Assembly (NCBI GenBank): GCA_025451045.1
Contig: JANWLD010000001.1
Location: 197,812-261,811 of the forward strand
Length of the DNA stretch: 64,000 bases
DNA from: Candidatus Saccharimonadales bacterium
Lineage (GTDB): Bacteria; Patescibacteriota; Saccharimonadia; Saccharimonadales; 2-12-FULL-41-12
Direction of reading: 5' to 3'
This document shows, piece by piece, positions 45,545 to 54,397 of this stretch. The position numbers and the translations under genes are program-made. The notes beneath the pieces were generated by a model. The model saw nothing but the letters and a program-made list of their open reading frames with translations. It had not been told where the DNA came from and did not search any database. The stretch's first letter is position 1. Every line of letters begins with the position of its first letter.

Positions 45545-47934
45545 TGAATACTAATGTCAACCTGGCAGCAGCTCGTGTCCAAAAAGCCAGATTTTATTCC
45601 AAAATCGGTTCACGCCAAGTTAGCTGGGCATTATCGGCGGCAGGTCTGGCTGCTTTTGTCGGAGGTCTGATACTACTATTCTTTAATAGTAGTATTGGTT
45701 ATCTGGTTTTAACGCTGGCAATCTTGGTTTTGATGATAAAAACCTGGCAGGCCGGGGAACTTAAAAGTCTGGACAAAGAAATTACCGGACAAAACGTCGA
45801 GGATTTATTGGACTCAAGAATATTGGCAAAGCTGAAATCTGCTGACCCGTCAGCATTTGATATTTGGGTAGCCACAAAGGATACTACTGAGCGTTGGTTT
45901 TTTGAAAGCCGCTATTTGCTACACCATTCCATTTTCGAAGAATTACTCAACAAAAACTCCGGTTCAGCCACAGCAGTCTGGCAGGAAGCGTCTAAATTAC
46001 GGGAAAAATATCAAACCACAGGCTGGTCAGCCGCAATAATCATAGTTGCTTTGCTTCGAACCATACCCGATATAGAGGAAGGCCTTAAGCGAATCAAGAT
46101 AGAGCTTAGGGATATAGAGCTAGGTATAGACTGGTGGCTTAGCATAGATAGGAAAACACAACTGGCCCATCAGAAAAAATATTTCGGCGGATTGGCCCGG
46201 GACTGGGCCTATGGCTATACGCCGACGTTAAGTTATCTCGGCCGCAATATCAGTGAAGATATCCAATATGGCGGATTTTTCACAGATACAAAGATGCACA
46301 GCCAATTAGTGGAACAGATGATTAAGTCAATGGCTGGCGGCGCGCAGGCAGTAACCTTGATTGGTGAGAATGGGGTGGGCAAGACTACCAGTGTCCATGC
46401 TTTTGCCGAGCGCATACTCCAAGACGGAACTTTGCCCGAGAATATAAGATATCATCAGGTGGTAACGCTGGATGCACCGTCATTGGTTGCCCAGGCAGGC
46501 CGCCCGGGCGAATTGGAGGAACTTGTCATCAAAATGCTCGCTGAAGCACAGAAAGCTAAAAACATGATACTGTTTTTTGATGACGCGCAGGCATTCTTTG
46601 GCGATGGAGCAGGCAGTGTAGATTTGGGTAATGTATTGATGCCGGCGCTTGACGCTGGAACACCAAAATTGATTTTTGCTATGACACCTAAACAGTGGCA
46701 GAATATTGCTGCCGACAATTCTAATTTGTCCAGCAAATTCCAACCACTACAGGTAAATCCGGCCAATGAAGAAGAAACACTTGATGTACTAAGGGACGAG
46801 ATTCTTTTCTTGGAGTATCAAAAGAAAGCCCTTTATACTTACCAGGCTTTCCATGAGGCGTACAAGCTGGCTAAACGCTATGTTGACAACCTTGCTATGC
46901 CCGGCGCGGCATTGACAGTACTTAAAACTGCTGCGTCTTCATCCGAAGACGGCTTAGTAACGGCAGAGGTTATCAAAGCAAGCGTAGAGTCCACTTACGG
47001 CGTTAAACTTCAGCAGGCTACCCGAGAAGAAACCGATGTACTGCTCCACATGGAAGACGAACTTCATAAATACGTTATAAACCAAAAGCAGGCGGTCAGC
47101 GTGATTGCAAATGCCTTGCGCCGTTCGAGAAGCGGTGTAGGCAATCCGGAGCGGCCAGTCGGTACCTTTTTATTCCTTGGTCCAACCGGTGTTGGCAAAA
47201 CCGAACTCAGTAAAGCCTTGGCCAAGGTTTATTTTGGAGACGAAAAATCAATGATTAGGGTCGATATGAACCAATTCGTGAGTCCGGATGACGTTAATCG
47301 TCTTATAACTCCAATGCTTGGCGAACAACTTGGATTTTTAGGACAAGTCAGGAAACAGCCTTTCAGCGTCATACTGCTTGACGAAATTGAAAAAGCCCAT
47401 AAGAACGTAGTCAACCTGTTGCTTCAGATGCTCGATGAAGGGGTTATGAGGGACAATGATAACAAACCCGTTTCTTTTAAAGATTCGATAATAATTGCGA
47501 CTTCCAATGCCGGCGCGGATGAAATCCGACGCATGATAGACGAGGGCAAAGACATAGCCAAACTGCAGGAAAATCTTGTAAATACCGTGATAGAAAAAGG
47601 TATTTTTGCGCCTGAATTAATTAATCGCTTTGATGAAGTAGTAGTCTTTAGGCCGCTTAATCAAGACGAACTAATCCAGGTGATTGATTTGATAATCAAG
47701 GACATGAACAAAACACTGGATGCTCAGAAGGTTCGGGTTGAGTTAACGCAGGTTGCCAAAAAGTGGTTGGTGGACAAAGGTTATGACGCCAAGCTTGGTG
47801 CCCGGCCGATGAGGCGGGTAGTCCAACGTTACGTTGAAAATATTCTGGCCAAAAAATTGCTTGAACAAACGGCGGGCAGTGGTAGTAAAATAGAGCTTGA
47901 TGTCAAAGACTTTGAAGAAATGAAAGAGGATTAA
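45544..47934 (+). CDS. membrane-anchored Clp/Hsp100-like double AAA+ ATPase
   Basis: Two N-terminal TM helices and a Clp-N-like repeat region. D1: GENGVGKTT with Walker B ILFFDDAQ. D2: GPTGVGKTE with VILLDEIEKAH and sensor motif GARPMRR. ATG at 45544 (the track start 45430 would overlap the upstream gene). Confidence 0.85.
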   Translation: MNTNVNLAAARVQKARFYSKIGSRQVSWALSAAGLAAFVGGLILLFFNSSIGYLVLTLAILVLMIKTWQAGELKSLDKEITGQNVEDLLDSRILAKLKSADPSAFDIWVATKDTTERWFFESRYLLHHSIFEELLNKNSGSATAVWQEASKLREKYQTTGWSAAIIIVALLRTIPDIEEGLKRIKIELRDIELGIDWWLSIDRKTQLAHQKKYFGGLARDWAYGYTPTLSYLGRNISEDIQYGGFFTDTKMHSQLVEQMIKSMAGGAQAVTLIGENGVGKTTSVHAFAERILQDGTLPENIRYHQVVTLDAPSLVAQAGRPGELEELVIKMLAEAQKAKNMILFFDDAQAFFGDGAGSVDLGNVLMPALDAGTPKLIFAMTPKQWQNIAADNSNLSSKFQPLQVNPANEEETLDVLRDEILFLEYQKKALYTYQAFHEAYKLAKRYVDNLAMPGAALTVLKTAASSSEDGLVTAEVIKASVESTYGVKLQQATREETDVLLHMEDELHKYVINQKQAVSVIANALRRSRSGVGNPERPVGTFLFLGPTGVGKTELSKALAKVYFGDEKSMIRVDMNQFVSPDDVNRLITPMLGEQLGFLGQVRKQPFSVILLDEIEKAHKNVVNLLLQMLDEGVMRDNDNKPVSFKDSIIIATSNAGADEIRRMIDEGKDIAKLQENLVNTVIEKGIFAPELINRFDEVVVFRPLNQDELIQVIDLIIKDMNKTLDAQKVRVELTQVAKKWLVDKGYDAKLGARPMRRVVQRYVENILAKKLLEQTAGSGSKIELDVKDFEEMKED

Positions 47935-47942
47935 ACCGTTCA

Positions 47943-48611
47943 ATGGCAATTGTCCTCTCACTCGGATTGATTCTGATTATTCTGGTGGCTAATGAGCTGC
48001 TTTGTCGCAGCAAAAACTTGCAGCCGGAAACCGGCAGGAAAACAATCCATATATTAATCGGCAGCTTCATTGCTTTTTGGCCGCTTTATATGAGTTGGCG
48101 GCAGATTCAACTATTGTCTCTGGTGTTATTAGCAGGAGTATTTATCTCCTATCAGTTTGGAGTATTTGGCGCAATTCATAATGTTAAGCGCCGGACCAGC
48201 GGAGAATTGTGGTATCCGATAGGGATCGGCTTGTCGGCTCTTCTTACCACACAACCGTGGATATTTACCGTCGCCGTGCTCCATTTATCATTAGCTGACG
48301 GCCTAGCCGCTGTCGTCGGAAAAAAATACGGCCGGATGCATTACCGAATAGGCGAGCATACACGCTCAATTACCGGTTCCTTGGCTTTTTTGGCTGTTTC
48401 AATGGGCCTTTGTCTTTTTGCCTTCTTTGCGCTCAGGAATGAACTGCCCGGCATTTCCTTGGCAGTTTTTGCTGTCACGCCGTTTTTAGCTACGACGGCA
48501 GAAAGTATCTCCCGCCACGGATTGGACAATGTCTTTGTACCGCTGGCGGTAGTATTAGCACTATCCGTGCCTACAGCTACGCTTAGCTTCGGGGTTTATC
48601 AACTCTTATAG
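47943..48611 (+). CDS. CTP-dependent polyprenol (dolichol/phytol) kinase-like membrane protein, CdsA superfamily
   Basis: GRKTIHILIG, LADGLAAVVGKKYGR, RSITGSLAF, ESISRHGLDNVFVPL. The pattern matches the COG0170-type kinases I recall. Confidence 0.7.
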   Translation: MAIVLSLGLILIILVANELLCRSKNLQPETGRKTIHILIGSFIAFWPLYMSWRQIQLLSLVLLAGVFISYQFGVFGAIHNVKRRTSGELWYPIGIGLSALLTTQPWIFTVAVLHLSLADGLAAVVGKKYGRMHYRIGEHTRSITGSLAFLAVSMGLCLFAFFALRNELPGISLAVFAVTPFLATTAESISRHGLDNVFVPLAVVLALSVPTATLSFGVYQLL

Positions 48612-48621
48612 TTACGGATAA

Positions 48622-48699
48622 TGGGGCGAATGATGGGACTTGAACCCACGGCCTTCTGGACCACAACCAGACGCTCTAACCGACTGAGCTACATTCGCC
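48622..48699 (-). tRNA. tRNA-His (GTG) with encoded G-1
   Basis: G-1 plus GCGAATG/CATTCGC acceptor, discriminator C, anticodon loop TTGTGGT, T arm GTGGG-TTCAAGT-CCCAT, CCA. Confidence 0.95.
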
Positions 48700-48744
48700 A
48701 AAACAGGGGTAATTATATGGTAATCAATCCTTTTCTTCAACCTA

Positions 48745-49317
48745 TTAGTTTTTATATTCGGGCAGATTAACCAAGTCTTCTAGGCTTTGGCACGATTCGA
48801 TTACTTCTTTGGGCAAATTACGAGCCTTAGGATTATTAACAAGTTCTTTAAATTCGTCAAAATCCATCAATTTTACTTCAATTTTTTCGCCGGTGTCCAA
48901 CTTCTGTTCTATCTGGTTTTCAAAATCGGTAGCCAGAAATAGATAAATAAACCAGTCGATTTCACCGTGAGGCTGCTTAACCTCGATAAGCCGCCAAGAT
49001 TTAAATGACATGCCGGTTTCTTCAAGCAGTTCTCGTTTTGCTGCGTCTAACTCTGTTTCCGCATCCACATCATGCCTGCCGCCGGGCAAACCAAGGTAGG
49101 CTTTATAATGAGGTTGCTCCTCGTTAATTACTACGATTTTCTGGTCTTTTACAGCTATGATCTTTATTGTGTCCTGCCGTCTGAGCATTTCAAATGTTTC
49201 ACTACTTCCATCAAACATTTTCTGCTGCCATTGGTAAACGGCAAAGATTTCTCCCCTAAAAACCTGTTTTGCATTCTCCGGAATCAATTTGGCATTTTTA
49301 GGAACAATCGTGCGCAT
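48745..49317 (-). CDS. NUDIX hydrolase (ADP-ribose pyrophosphatase-like)
   Basis: Nudix box GLPGGRHDVDAETELDAAKRELLEETGM. Starts 3 nt downstream of the PEPC gene. Confidence 0.88.
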   Translation of the reverse strand: MRTIVPKNAKLIPENAKQVFRGEIFAVYQWQQKMFDGSSETFEMLRRQDTIKIIAVKDQKIVVINEEQPHYKAYLGLPGGRHDVDAETELDAAKRELLEETGMSFKSWRLIEVKQPHGEIDWFIYLFLATDFENQIEQKLDTGEKIEVKLMDFDEFKELVNNPKARNLPKEVIESCQSLEDLVNLPEYKN

Positions 49318-49320
49318 GCT

Positions 49321-50826
49321 TTAACCCAGGCTTTTTCGCAGCAATGCGGCTTCGACGATTTTGTCAGTCAATTCTTTACCGCTTCGGTTAATTATCTCTG
49401 AAGTAACTTCGCAATGTTTTTGCTCGTCAGTCGTCTTTGGGCCAATTTTTATACCTAAAATTTCTTGTACCAAAACGACGTCTTGTTTTACTTCTTCCCA
49501 CGCCGGGTTACGTTCTATTAGGCCATCTAAGTTAACGTTATTGAAATAACCCCCGGCTCTTTCAAGGTCAATTTTAAGCAGTTTGTAATGTTTGGACACC
49601 AATTCCAATTCATCTTTGTCGAGTTCTTTTAAAATCCGCCCGGCGGCAATAAATTCGGGCGGTATACCCAAGGAATAAAAACCTGCCGTAAAAGTAATAG
49701 CCCGTGGCATTTTCTGCGCTCCAAGTTTGCGTCCATAAGCTAGCAAGCCGATATGTTGCCGGCGTTCACGTCTTTTCGGTACTGCCGCGAAAATGTTTTT
49801 TAAGTCAGGAGCTATAGAAGTTAATGTTGCTTGATAAATTTGTTCGGCACGTTTGCTTATCTGGATTAACTTTTCTTCTTCGGCTTTCTCCAAGATAACA
49901 GGACTAGTCTTTGACAGGTTTTCTTCCAGCTTTTTGATAGCGGCCTTAACTTCAGACAAAGGATTGTCATAGCGGAACGACGACTGGACGGTAACAGTTC
50001 GCATGCCCGGATGCTCATTGATGTAATCATCAACAGTTGCCGGACTTAAGCCGCCACGGAAGGGCAGGCTGCCAACGCCGGAAATAGGGAAAACAGGAAT
50101 CTTACTCCCAGCCGAAAACTTATAGGCCTGTGACAAAGCAATCTTATTCGTAAGTACCGTGGCGAACATACCCGAAACCAACGCCGGGTCGGACCGGGCA
50201 AAGAACGGGCGGATATATTCGGGGTTCTTGTCGAAATGCTCGTTGTATTTGGCCGTGTATTTCTCAAGCAACCCGCCGGTAAGTTGCTGGCTCTGCACGC
50301 TCTCAACCAGCGGTATAAGCTCTATAAAATTTTGGTTGTCAGGGGCATCGTTAGTAAACTCTTTGGATTTAAAGTTAGCCAGCTTTTCAAATAATAAATG
50401 CATTTTCATCAACTGGTCGGAGGTTTCGGTCATCGGCAAGATAACTTCAAACAGCGGACGTTTTAAAAATCCGAGGTCGTGAGCGAAATCCTCGGCAGTT
50501 AATATAACCGTCATAGCCTGAAGCAGACTGTAACCTTTCTCTTCCCAGATGTTAGGCAAGCGGAAGGTCAGGAATTTATCTCGGTTGAGCTGGTGGTCCT
50601 TGAAATATTCATAGTGTTCGCTGAACAGCTTGTCGATAACTGCCGCGTCGGCATGCTTGCCCTCCCAATCCCACATATATTCGGAAACGCCTAGCTGTTC
50701 AAAGCAAATTACCGCCTCATCAATTTCTTTATAAACCGAAACAAACGGATTTTTTTGTTTGTCCCAAAAGGGCGCTGAGGCATTGTCCGGGTGTTGGGTG
50801 GCCATAGTCGCCGGAATCTTCCTCAT
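49321..50826 (-). CDS. pepcA: archaeal-type phosphoenolpyruvate carboxylase (PepcA)
   Basis: KIPATMATQHPDN N-terminus, ARSDPALVSG, GVGSLPFRGG, MPRAITFTAGFYSLGIPPEF, and a C-terminal ...KSLG. All are collinear with my recollection of archaeal-type PEPC; 501 aa. Confidence 0.88.
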   Translation of the reverse strand: MRKIPATMATQHPDNASAPFWDKQKNPFVSVYKEIDEAVICFEQLGVSEYMWDWEGKHADAAVIDKLFSEHYEYFKDHQLNRDKFLTFRLPNIWEEKGYSLLQAMTVILTAEDFAHDLGFLKRPLFEVILPMTETSDQLMKMHLLFEKLANFKSKEFTNDAPDNQNFIELIPLVESVQSQQLTGGLLEKYTAKYNEHFDKNPEYIRPFFARSDPALVSGMFATVLTNKIALSQAYKFSAGSKIPVFPISGVGSLPFRGGLSPATVDDYINEHPGMRTVTVQSSFRYDNPLSEVKAAIKKLEENLSKTSPVILEKAEEEKLIQISKRAEQIYQATLTSIAPDLKNIFAAVPKRRERRQHIGLLAYGRKLGAQKMPRAITFTAGFYSLGIPPEFIAAGRILKELDKDELELVSKHYKLLKIDLERAGGYFNNVNLDGLIERNPAWEEVKQDVVLVQEILGIKIGPKTTDEQKHCEVTSEIINRSGKELTDKIVEAALLRKSLG

Positions 50827-51974
50827 GAGCTACTCACCGCGCCTTCTTCTACGAATTCTTTTATTTTGCGCAAACCTTCTTCCAATGTAGTTTTATCTGT
50901 AGTAAATGACAAACGCACAAAACCCGGAGCAAAGAACGCCTCACCGGGTACTAAGGCCACGCCTTTTTCATCAAGCAGTTTTTCGCACCAAGCCATGCTA
51001 TCGCTGGTTATTTCCCGAATATCGAAGAAGACGTAAAAAGCTCCGCCGGGCGGAGTAAATTTTATTTTTGGCGTCTGGCTCAAGGCATTATTAACTATCC
51101 GCAAATTTTCTTTCAAATCATCATACATCGGCGGTTCATCACCGCGGGCCAGCCCGCCCAAAGCTGCATACTGGCTAAGGTTGGAAGTGTTTCCCAGAAG
51201 GTGGCTCTGCAGCTTTACGATGGCTTTTATCATATCTTTTTCAGCGATGACATAACCTATACGCCAACCGGTCAATGCTTGGCTTTTGGAAAAACCACTG
51301 GATATTACCAGATTATTGAAACCAAAACTGGTAATCGGCTTGAAGCTTTCGGCATAAACCAGCTTGGTGTACATATCATCTGCCAGCACCGTTATGTCAG
51401 TCTGATTTAATTTATCCGCTAGTTTTTGAAGAGAAGAGGAGGAGTATACCGAGCCAGTCGGGTTGTTCGGCGAATTAATAATAATCACTTTGGTCTTGTC
51501 GGTTATTTTTGCTTCAATTTCTGAGATATCCAAATCAAAGTTGTCCGCCAGCTTTGCTTCTATAACTTTGCCGCCAGCGAGTTCGATTAAATATTTATAA
51601 CTTACCCAGGCGGGCGAGGGAAGGATGACTTCATCTTCGGAGTTAAGAATGCTCAGCAAACTAAAATAAAGTCCCGGTTTGCCACCGGCAACCACCGCGA
51701 CATTTTCTTGCTTTATCCAATCGGCCGAATAAAATTCCCTGCAATGTTTCGCAATAGCCTCGCGTAACTCGGGCATTCCGCCGACCGGTGTGTAGTGGTT
51801 CTGGTCAAGCTTGCCGGCTACCGACTCTTTTATATAGTCAGGCGTGTCGGTGCTCGGCTCGCCAGCAGTGAAGTTATAAATCTTCTTCCCCTCGGCCGCC
51901 ATTTTTTTGGCTTGGGTATTCAGCGCCAAGGTCGCGCTTTCTTCAATAGTGTTGAGTTTATCTGCTAATTTCAT
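50823..51974 (-). CDS. class I/II pyridoxal-phosphate aminotransferase (aspartate aminotransferase-like)
   Basis: NSPNNPTG and the PLP-lysine motif SGFSKSQALTGWRIGY; 4-nt overlap with pepcA. Confidence 0.88.
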   Translation of the reverse strand: MKLADKLNTIEESATLALNTQAKKMAAEGKKIYNFTAGEPSTDTPDYIKESVAGKLDQNHYTPVGGMPELREAIAKHCREFYSADWIKQENVAVVAGGKPGLYFSLLSILNSEDEVILPSPAWVSYKYLIELAGGKVIEAKLADNFDLDISEIEAKITDKTKVIIINSPNNPTGSVYSSSSLQKLADKLNQTDITVLADDMYTKLVYAESFKPITSFGFNNLVISSGFSKSQALTGWRIGYVIAEKDMIKAIVKLQSHLLGNTSNLSQYAALGGLARGDEPPMYDDLKENLRIVNNALSQTPKIKFTPPGGAFYVFFDIREITSDSMAWCEKLLDEKGVALVPGEAFFAPGFVRLSFTTDKTTLEEGLRKIKEFVEEGAVSSS

Positions 51975-51981
51975 AACATTT

Positions 51982-52058
51982 TGGCACCCCGGGAGGGACT
52001 CGAACCCCCGACCTTGACGTTAGAACCGTCTTGCTCTAATCCACTGAGCTACCGGGGC
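51982..52058 (-). tRNA. tRNA-Arg (TCT)
   Basis: Acceptor GCCCCGG/CCGGGGT (G1:U72), anticodon loop GTTCTAA, T arm GGGGG-TTCGAGT-CCCTC, discriminator G, CCA. Confidence 0.9.
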
Positions 52059-52105
52059 AGGTTTACCATATGCCTTCATTATAACAGGGGGAAAGAATAA
52101 TATTT

Positions 52106-52894
52106 CTAGTTGTAGCCTAAATGGCTCAGAATTTCATCCATAAGATATTGGTTAGCACCCACACAATCTCTTCGCTCGTCAATTTTTGTCTGCGGGCCGG
52201 CACTTGTCCAGACCTTGCCTCCGGCTTCTTTGACTATCATTTCCGAAGCCTCAATATCCCAAAGCGCTGGATAGCTGTCAAAACAAGCATCGGCGACACC
52301 TTCAGCAACATACATAAATCCTAGGAAGTCACCGGCCTGCCTTTGCCGCCAAGTCTTGCGCAAAAGCCCCAGTAGCTTTTCTAGCCCTCCCTCTTTTTTA
52401 TCCCAGGTCATTACAGAATTGTGTAGAACGAATGAGTTGGATAAATCTGATATCCCAGATGCTTTAATCTGTCGTTCTTTGCCACTGACATCGCGAGTAA
52501 AAGCTCCGCCGTTTTTAACTGCCCACCAGCGCCGCCCAAGCGCAGGCGCGGAAACTGATGCAACAATGACTTCATCGCCGTCTTTTAAAGATATGAGACT
52601 GCCCCAGACCGGAAACCCGCGCAGAAAATTCTTAGTTCCGTCAATCGGGTCGATTAGCCACACTTTTTTGCTATTTCCGCTGCGGGTGCCTTCTTCGCCG
52701 ACGTATGAATCGCCGAACTGCTCAATTACAATTTTGCTCAGGGCTTTTTCAATTTCAGTATCACCCTCTGTAACCGGCGTGTCATCAGGTTTGGTGGTGA
52801 TTTTAAGTTCACGCGACAGAAAATATTTCATACCGATTTCATCAGCGGCATCCGCTAACCTAAAAGCTTGTTTCAATTCTTTATCGTATTTCAT
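52106..52894 (-). CDS. inositol monophosphatase family phosphatase (IMPase/HisN-like)
   Basis: EEG...WLIDPIDGTKNF and WDIEAS motifs. ATG at 52894; the longer track ORF to 53074 runs through tRNA-Gly. Confidence 0.88.
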   Translation of the reverse strand: MKYDKELKQAFRLADAADEIGMKYFLSRELKITTKPDDTPVTEGDTEIEKALSKIVIEQFGDSYVGEEGTRSGNSKKVWLIDPIDGTKNFLRGFPVWGSLISLKDGDEVIVASVSAPALGRRWWAVKNGGAFTRDVSGKERQIKASGISDLSNSFVLHNSVMTWDKKEGGLEKLLGLLRKTWRQRQAGDFLGFMYVAEGVADACFDSYPALWDIEASEMIVKEAGGKVWTSAGPQTKIDERRDCVGANQYLMDEILSHLGYN

Positions 52895-52950
52895 AATTGT
52901 TCTCTTAAATATAATTTTGTATGCGAACGAAATTGATACATATTCCGACG

Positions 52951-53025
52951 TGGTGCGGGATGGGAGAGTCGAACTCCCCTCCTCAGTTTGGAAAACTGAT
53001 ATATTAGCCGATATACGAATCCCGC
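52951..53025 (-). tRNA. tRNA-Gly (TCC)
   Basis: Acceptor GCGGGAT/ATCCCGC, anticodon arm TCAGT-TTTCCAA-ACTGA, T arm GGGAG-TTCGACT-CTCCC, CCA; 75 nt. Confidence 0.93.
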
Positions 53026-53082
53026 ATGTAAAACAGAGGTAATTATAATCAATAATCCCTTGTGTTACAATCAAATATAAGC

Positions 53083-54312
53083 ATGATACTTACGGCCAAA
53101 CATTTAATCGAAAAAGCCGGAAAGCATCTGGGACTCAGCCAACAAGAAATAGATTACATTCTGAAAATCGACCACGAGCACGTTTTTGACATTGTTTTGG
53201 ACAACGGCAGTACCCATAAGGCCTATCGTGTCCAGCACAACAATTCGCGCGGGCCATATAAAGGCGGTATCCGTTTTCACCCGCAAGTTGATTTGAACGA
53301 AGTTCGGGCCCTGTCGATTCTAATGAGTTTGAAAACTGCCGCTGTCGGTTTGCCGCTGGGCGGCGGTAAAGGCGGCGTAGCTATTGATCCCCGAAGTTTG
53401 TCTGAAACCGAATTGGAGCAATTGTCCCGGGCATATGTAGGGCACTTACATCCGCATATAGGCCCGGATACCGACATACCTGCGCCTGACGTGAACATCA
53501 ATTCGCAAATAATTGATTGGATGGTGGATGAATATGAAACAATAACCGGTGATAAATCCAAAGCCAGCTTTACCGGCAAATCAATCGGTAAAGGAGGCAG
53601 TTTCGGACGTGAGGCCGCCACCGGCCGCGGCGGCATGATAGCCATCGGCGAGTATCTGAAACTTGCTGGGAAAAACCCTAGTGAAATGACTTTTGCGATT
53701 CAAGGCGTCGGTAATGTAGGCGCGTTTTTTACTAAACTGGCGGAAACAGAGCTTAGGGCGCGTATAGTTGCAGTATCTGATTCACAAAGAACGCTTGTCG
53801 TTAAGGATTTTAGCAACAATAAGGATTTTATAAGTCTTGAAGGTCTTAAAAATCGGCGCAAAGGCCTGATTGATGATTTGGCTAATTCCCATGTTGAATT
53901 TTTGGATAGAGACGCAATATTAGAACTCCCGGTTGATGTTTTAGTCCTGGCCGCTTTGGGCGACACCGTAGTTAAAGGCAATGCCAATATGGTTAAAGCA
54001 CCTATTATCCTAGAACTGGCTAACGGACCAATTGATGAAGATGGGTTCGATACTTTAACTGCTAAGGGCACTGTAATCATTCCTGATATTGTTGCGAATG
54101 CCGGCGGTGTTATTGTCAGTCATCTCGAATGGCTGCAGAACAAAGCAGGCGAAAGCTGGAGTGAAGAACAAGTCAATGAAAAGCTGGCTGAATATATGGT
54201 TGCGGCAACCCGAGAAATCTACGAATACGGAAAAGAGCATAATATCCCGCTGAAACAAGCCGCCTTGGCCTTGGCTATGAAGCGTTTGCTTGAATCCAAA
54301 AAAGCTAAATGA
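53083..54312 (+). CDS. gdhA: glutamate dehydrogenase (Glu/Leu/Phe/Val dehydrogenase family)
   Basis: GPYKGGIRFHP and the catalytic-Lys motif LPLGGGKGG. ATG at 53083, 11 nt after an extended -10 TGTTACAAT. Confidence 0.93.
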   Translation: MILTAKHLIEKAGKHLGLSQQEIDYILKIDHEHVFDIVLDNGSTHKAYRVQHNNSRGPYKGGIRFHPQVDLNEVRALSILMSLKTAAVGLPLGGGKGGVAIDPRSLSETELEQLSRAYVGHLHPHIGPDTDIPAPDVNINSQIIDWMVDEYETITGDKSKASFTGKSIGKGGSFGREAATGRGGMIAIGEYLKLAGKNPSEMTFAIQGVGNVGAFFTKLAETELRARIVAVSDSQRTLVVKDFSNNKDFISLEGLKNRRKGLIDDLANSHVEFLDRDAILELPVDVLVLAALGDTVVKGNANMVKAPIILELANGPIDEDGFDTLTAKGTVIIPDIVANAGGVIVSHLEWLQNKAGESWSEEQVNEKLAEYMVAATREIYEYGKEHNIPLKQAALALAMKRLLESKKAK

Positions 54313-54361
54313 TAAAAGGGGAGAGCAGACCGAGCGTCGGATTTATTCCGCGCCCGGCTCG

Positions 54362-54385
54362 ATGAGAGGGGTAAACCCCTCTCAT
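54362..54385. terminator. bidirectional hairpin terminator between convergent gdh and HTH-murA
   Basis: ATGAGAGGGG-taaa-CCCCTCTCAT, a 10-bp perfect stem. Confidence 0.65.
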
Positions 54386-54397
54386 AAGGCGAAGCCG

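Noticed and set aside
52356-53042. 228-aa plus-strand ORF
   Set aside because: It is antisense to the IMPase-family gene and runs across tRNA-Gly(TCC). It has no independent signals.
52895-53074. N-terminal 60-aa extension of the IMPase ORF in the track (start at 53074)
   Set aside because: The extension reads through tRNA-Gly (52951-53025). The family-typical N-terminus begins at the ATG at 52894.
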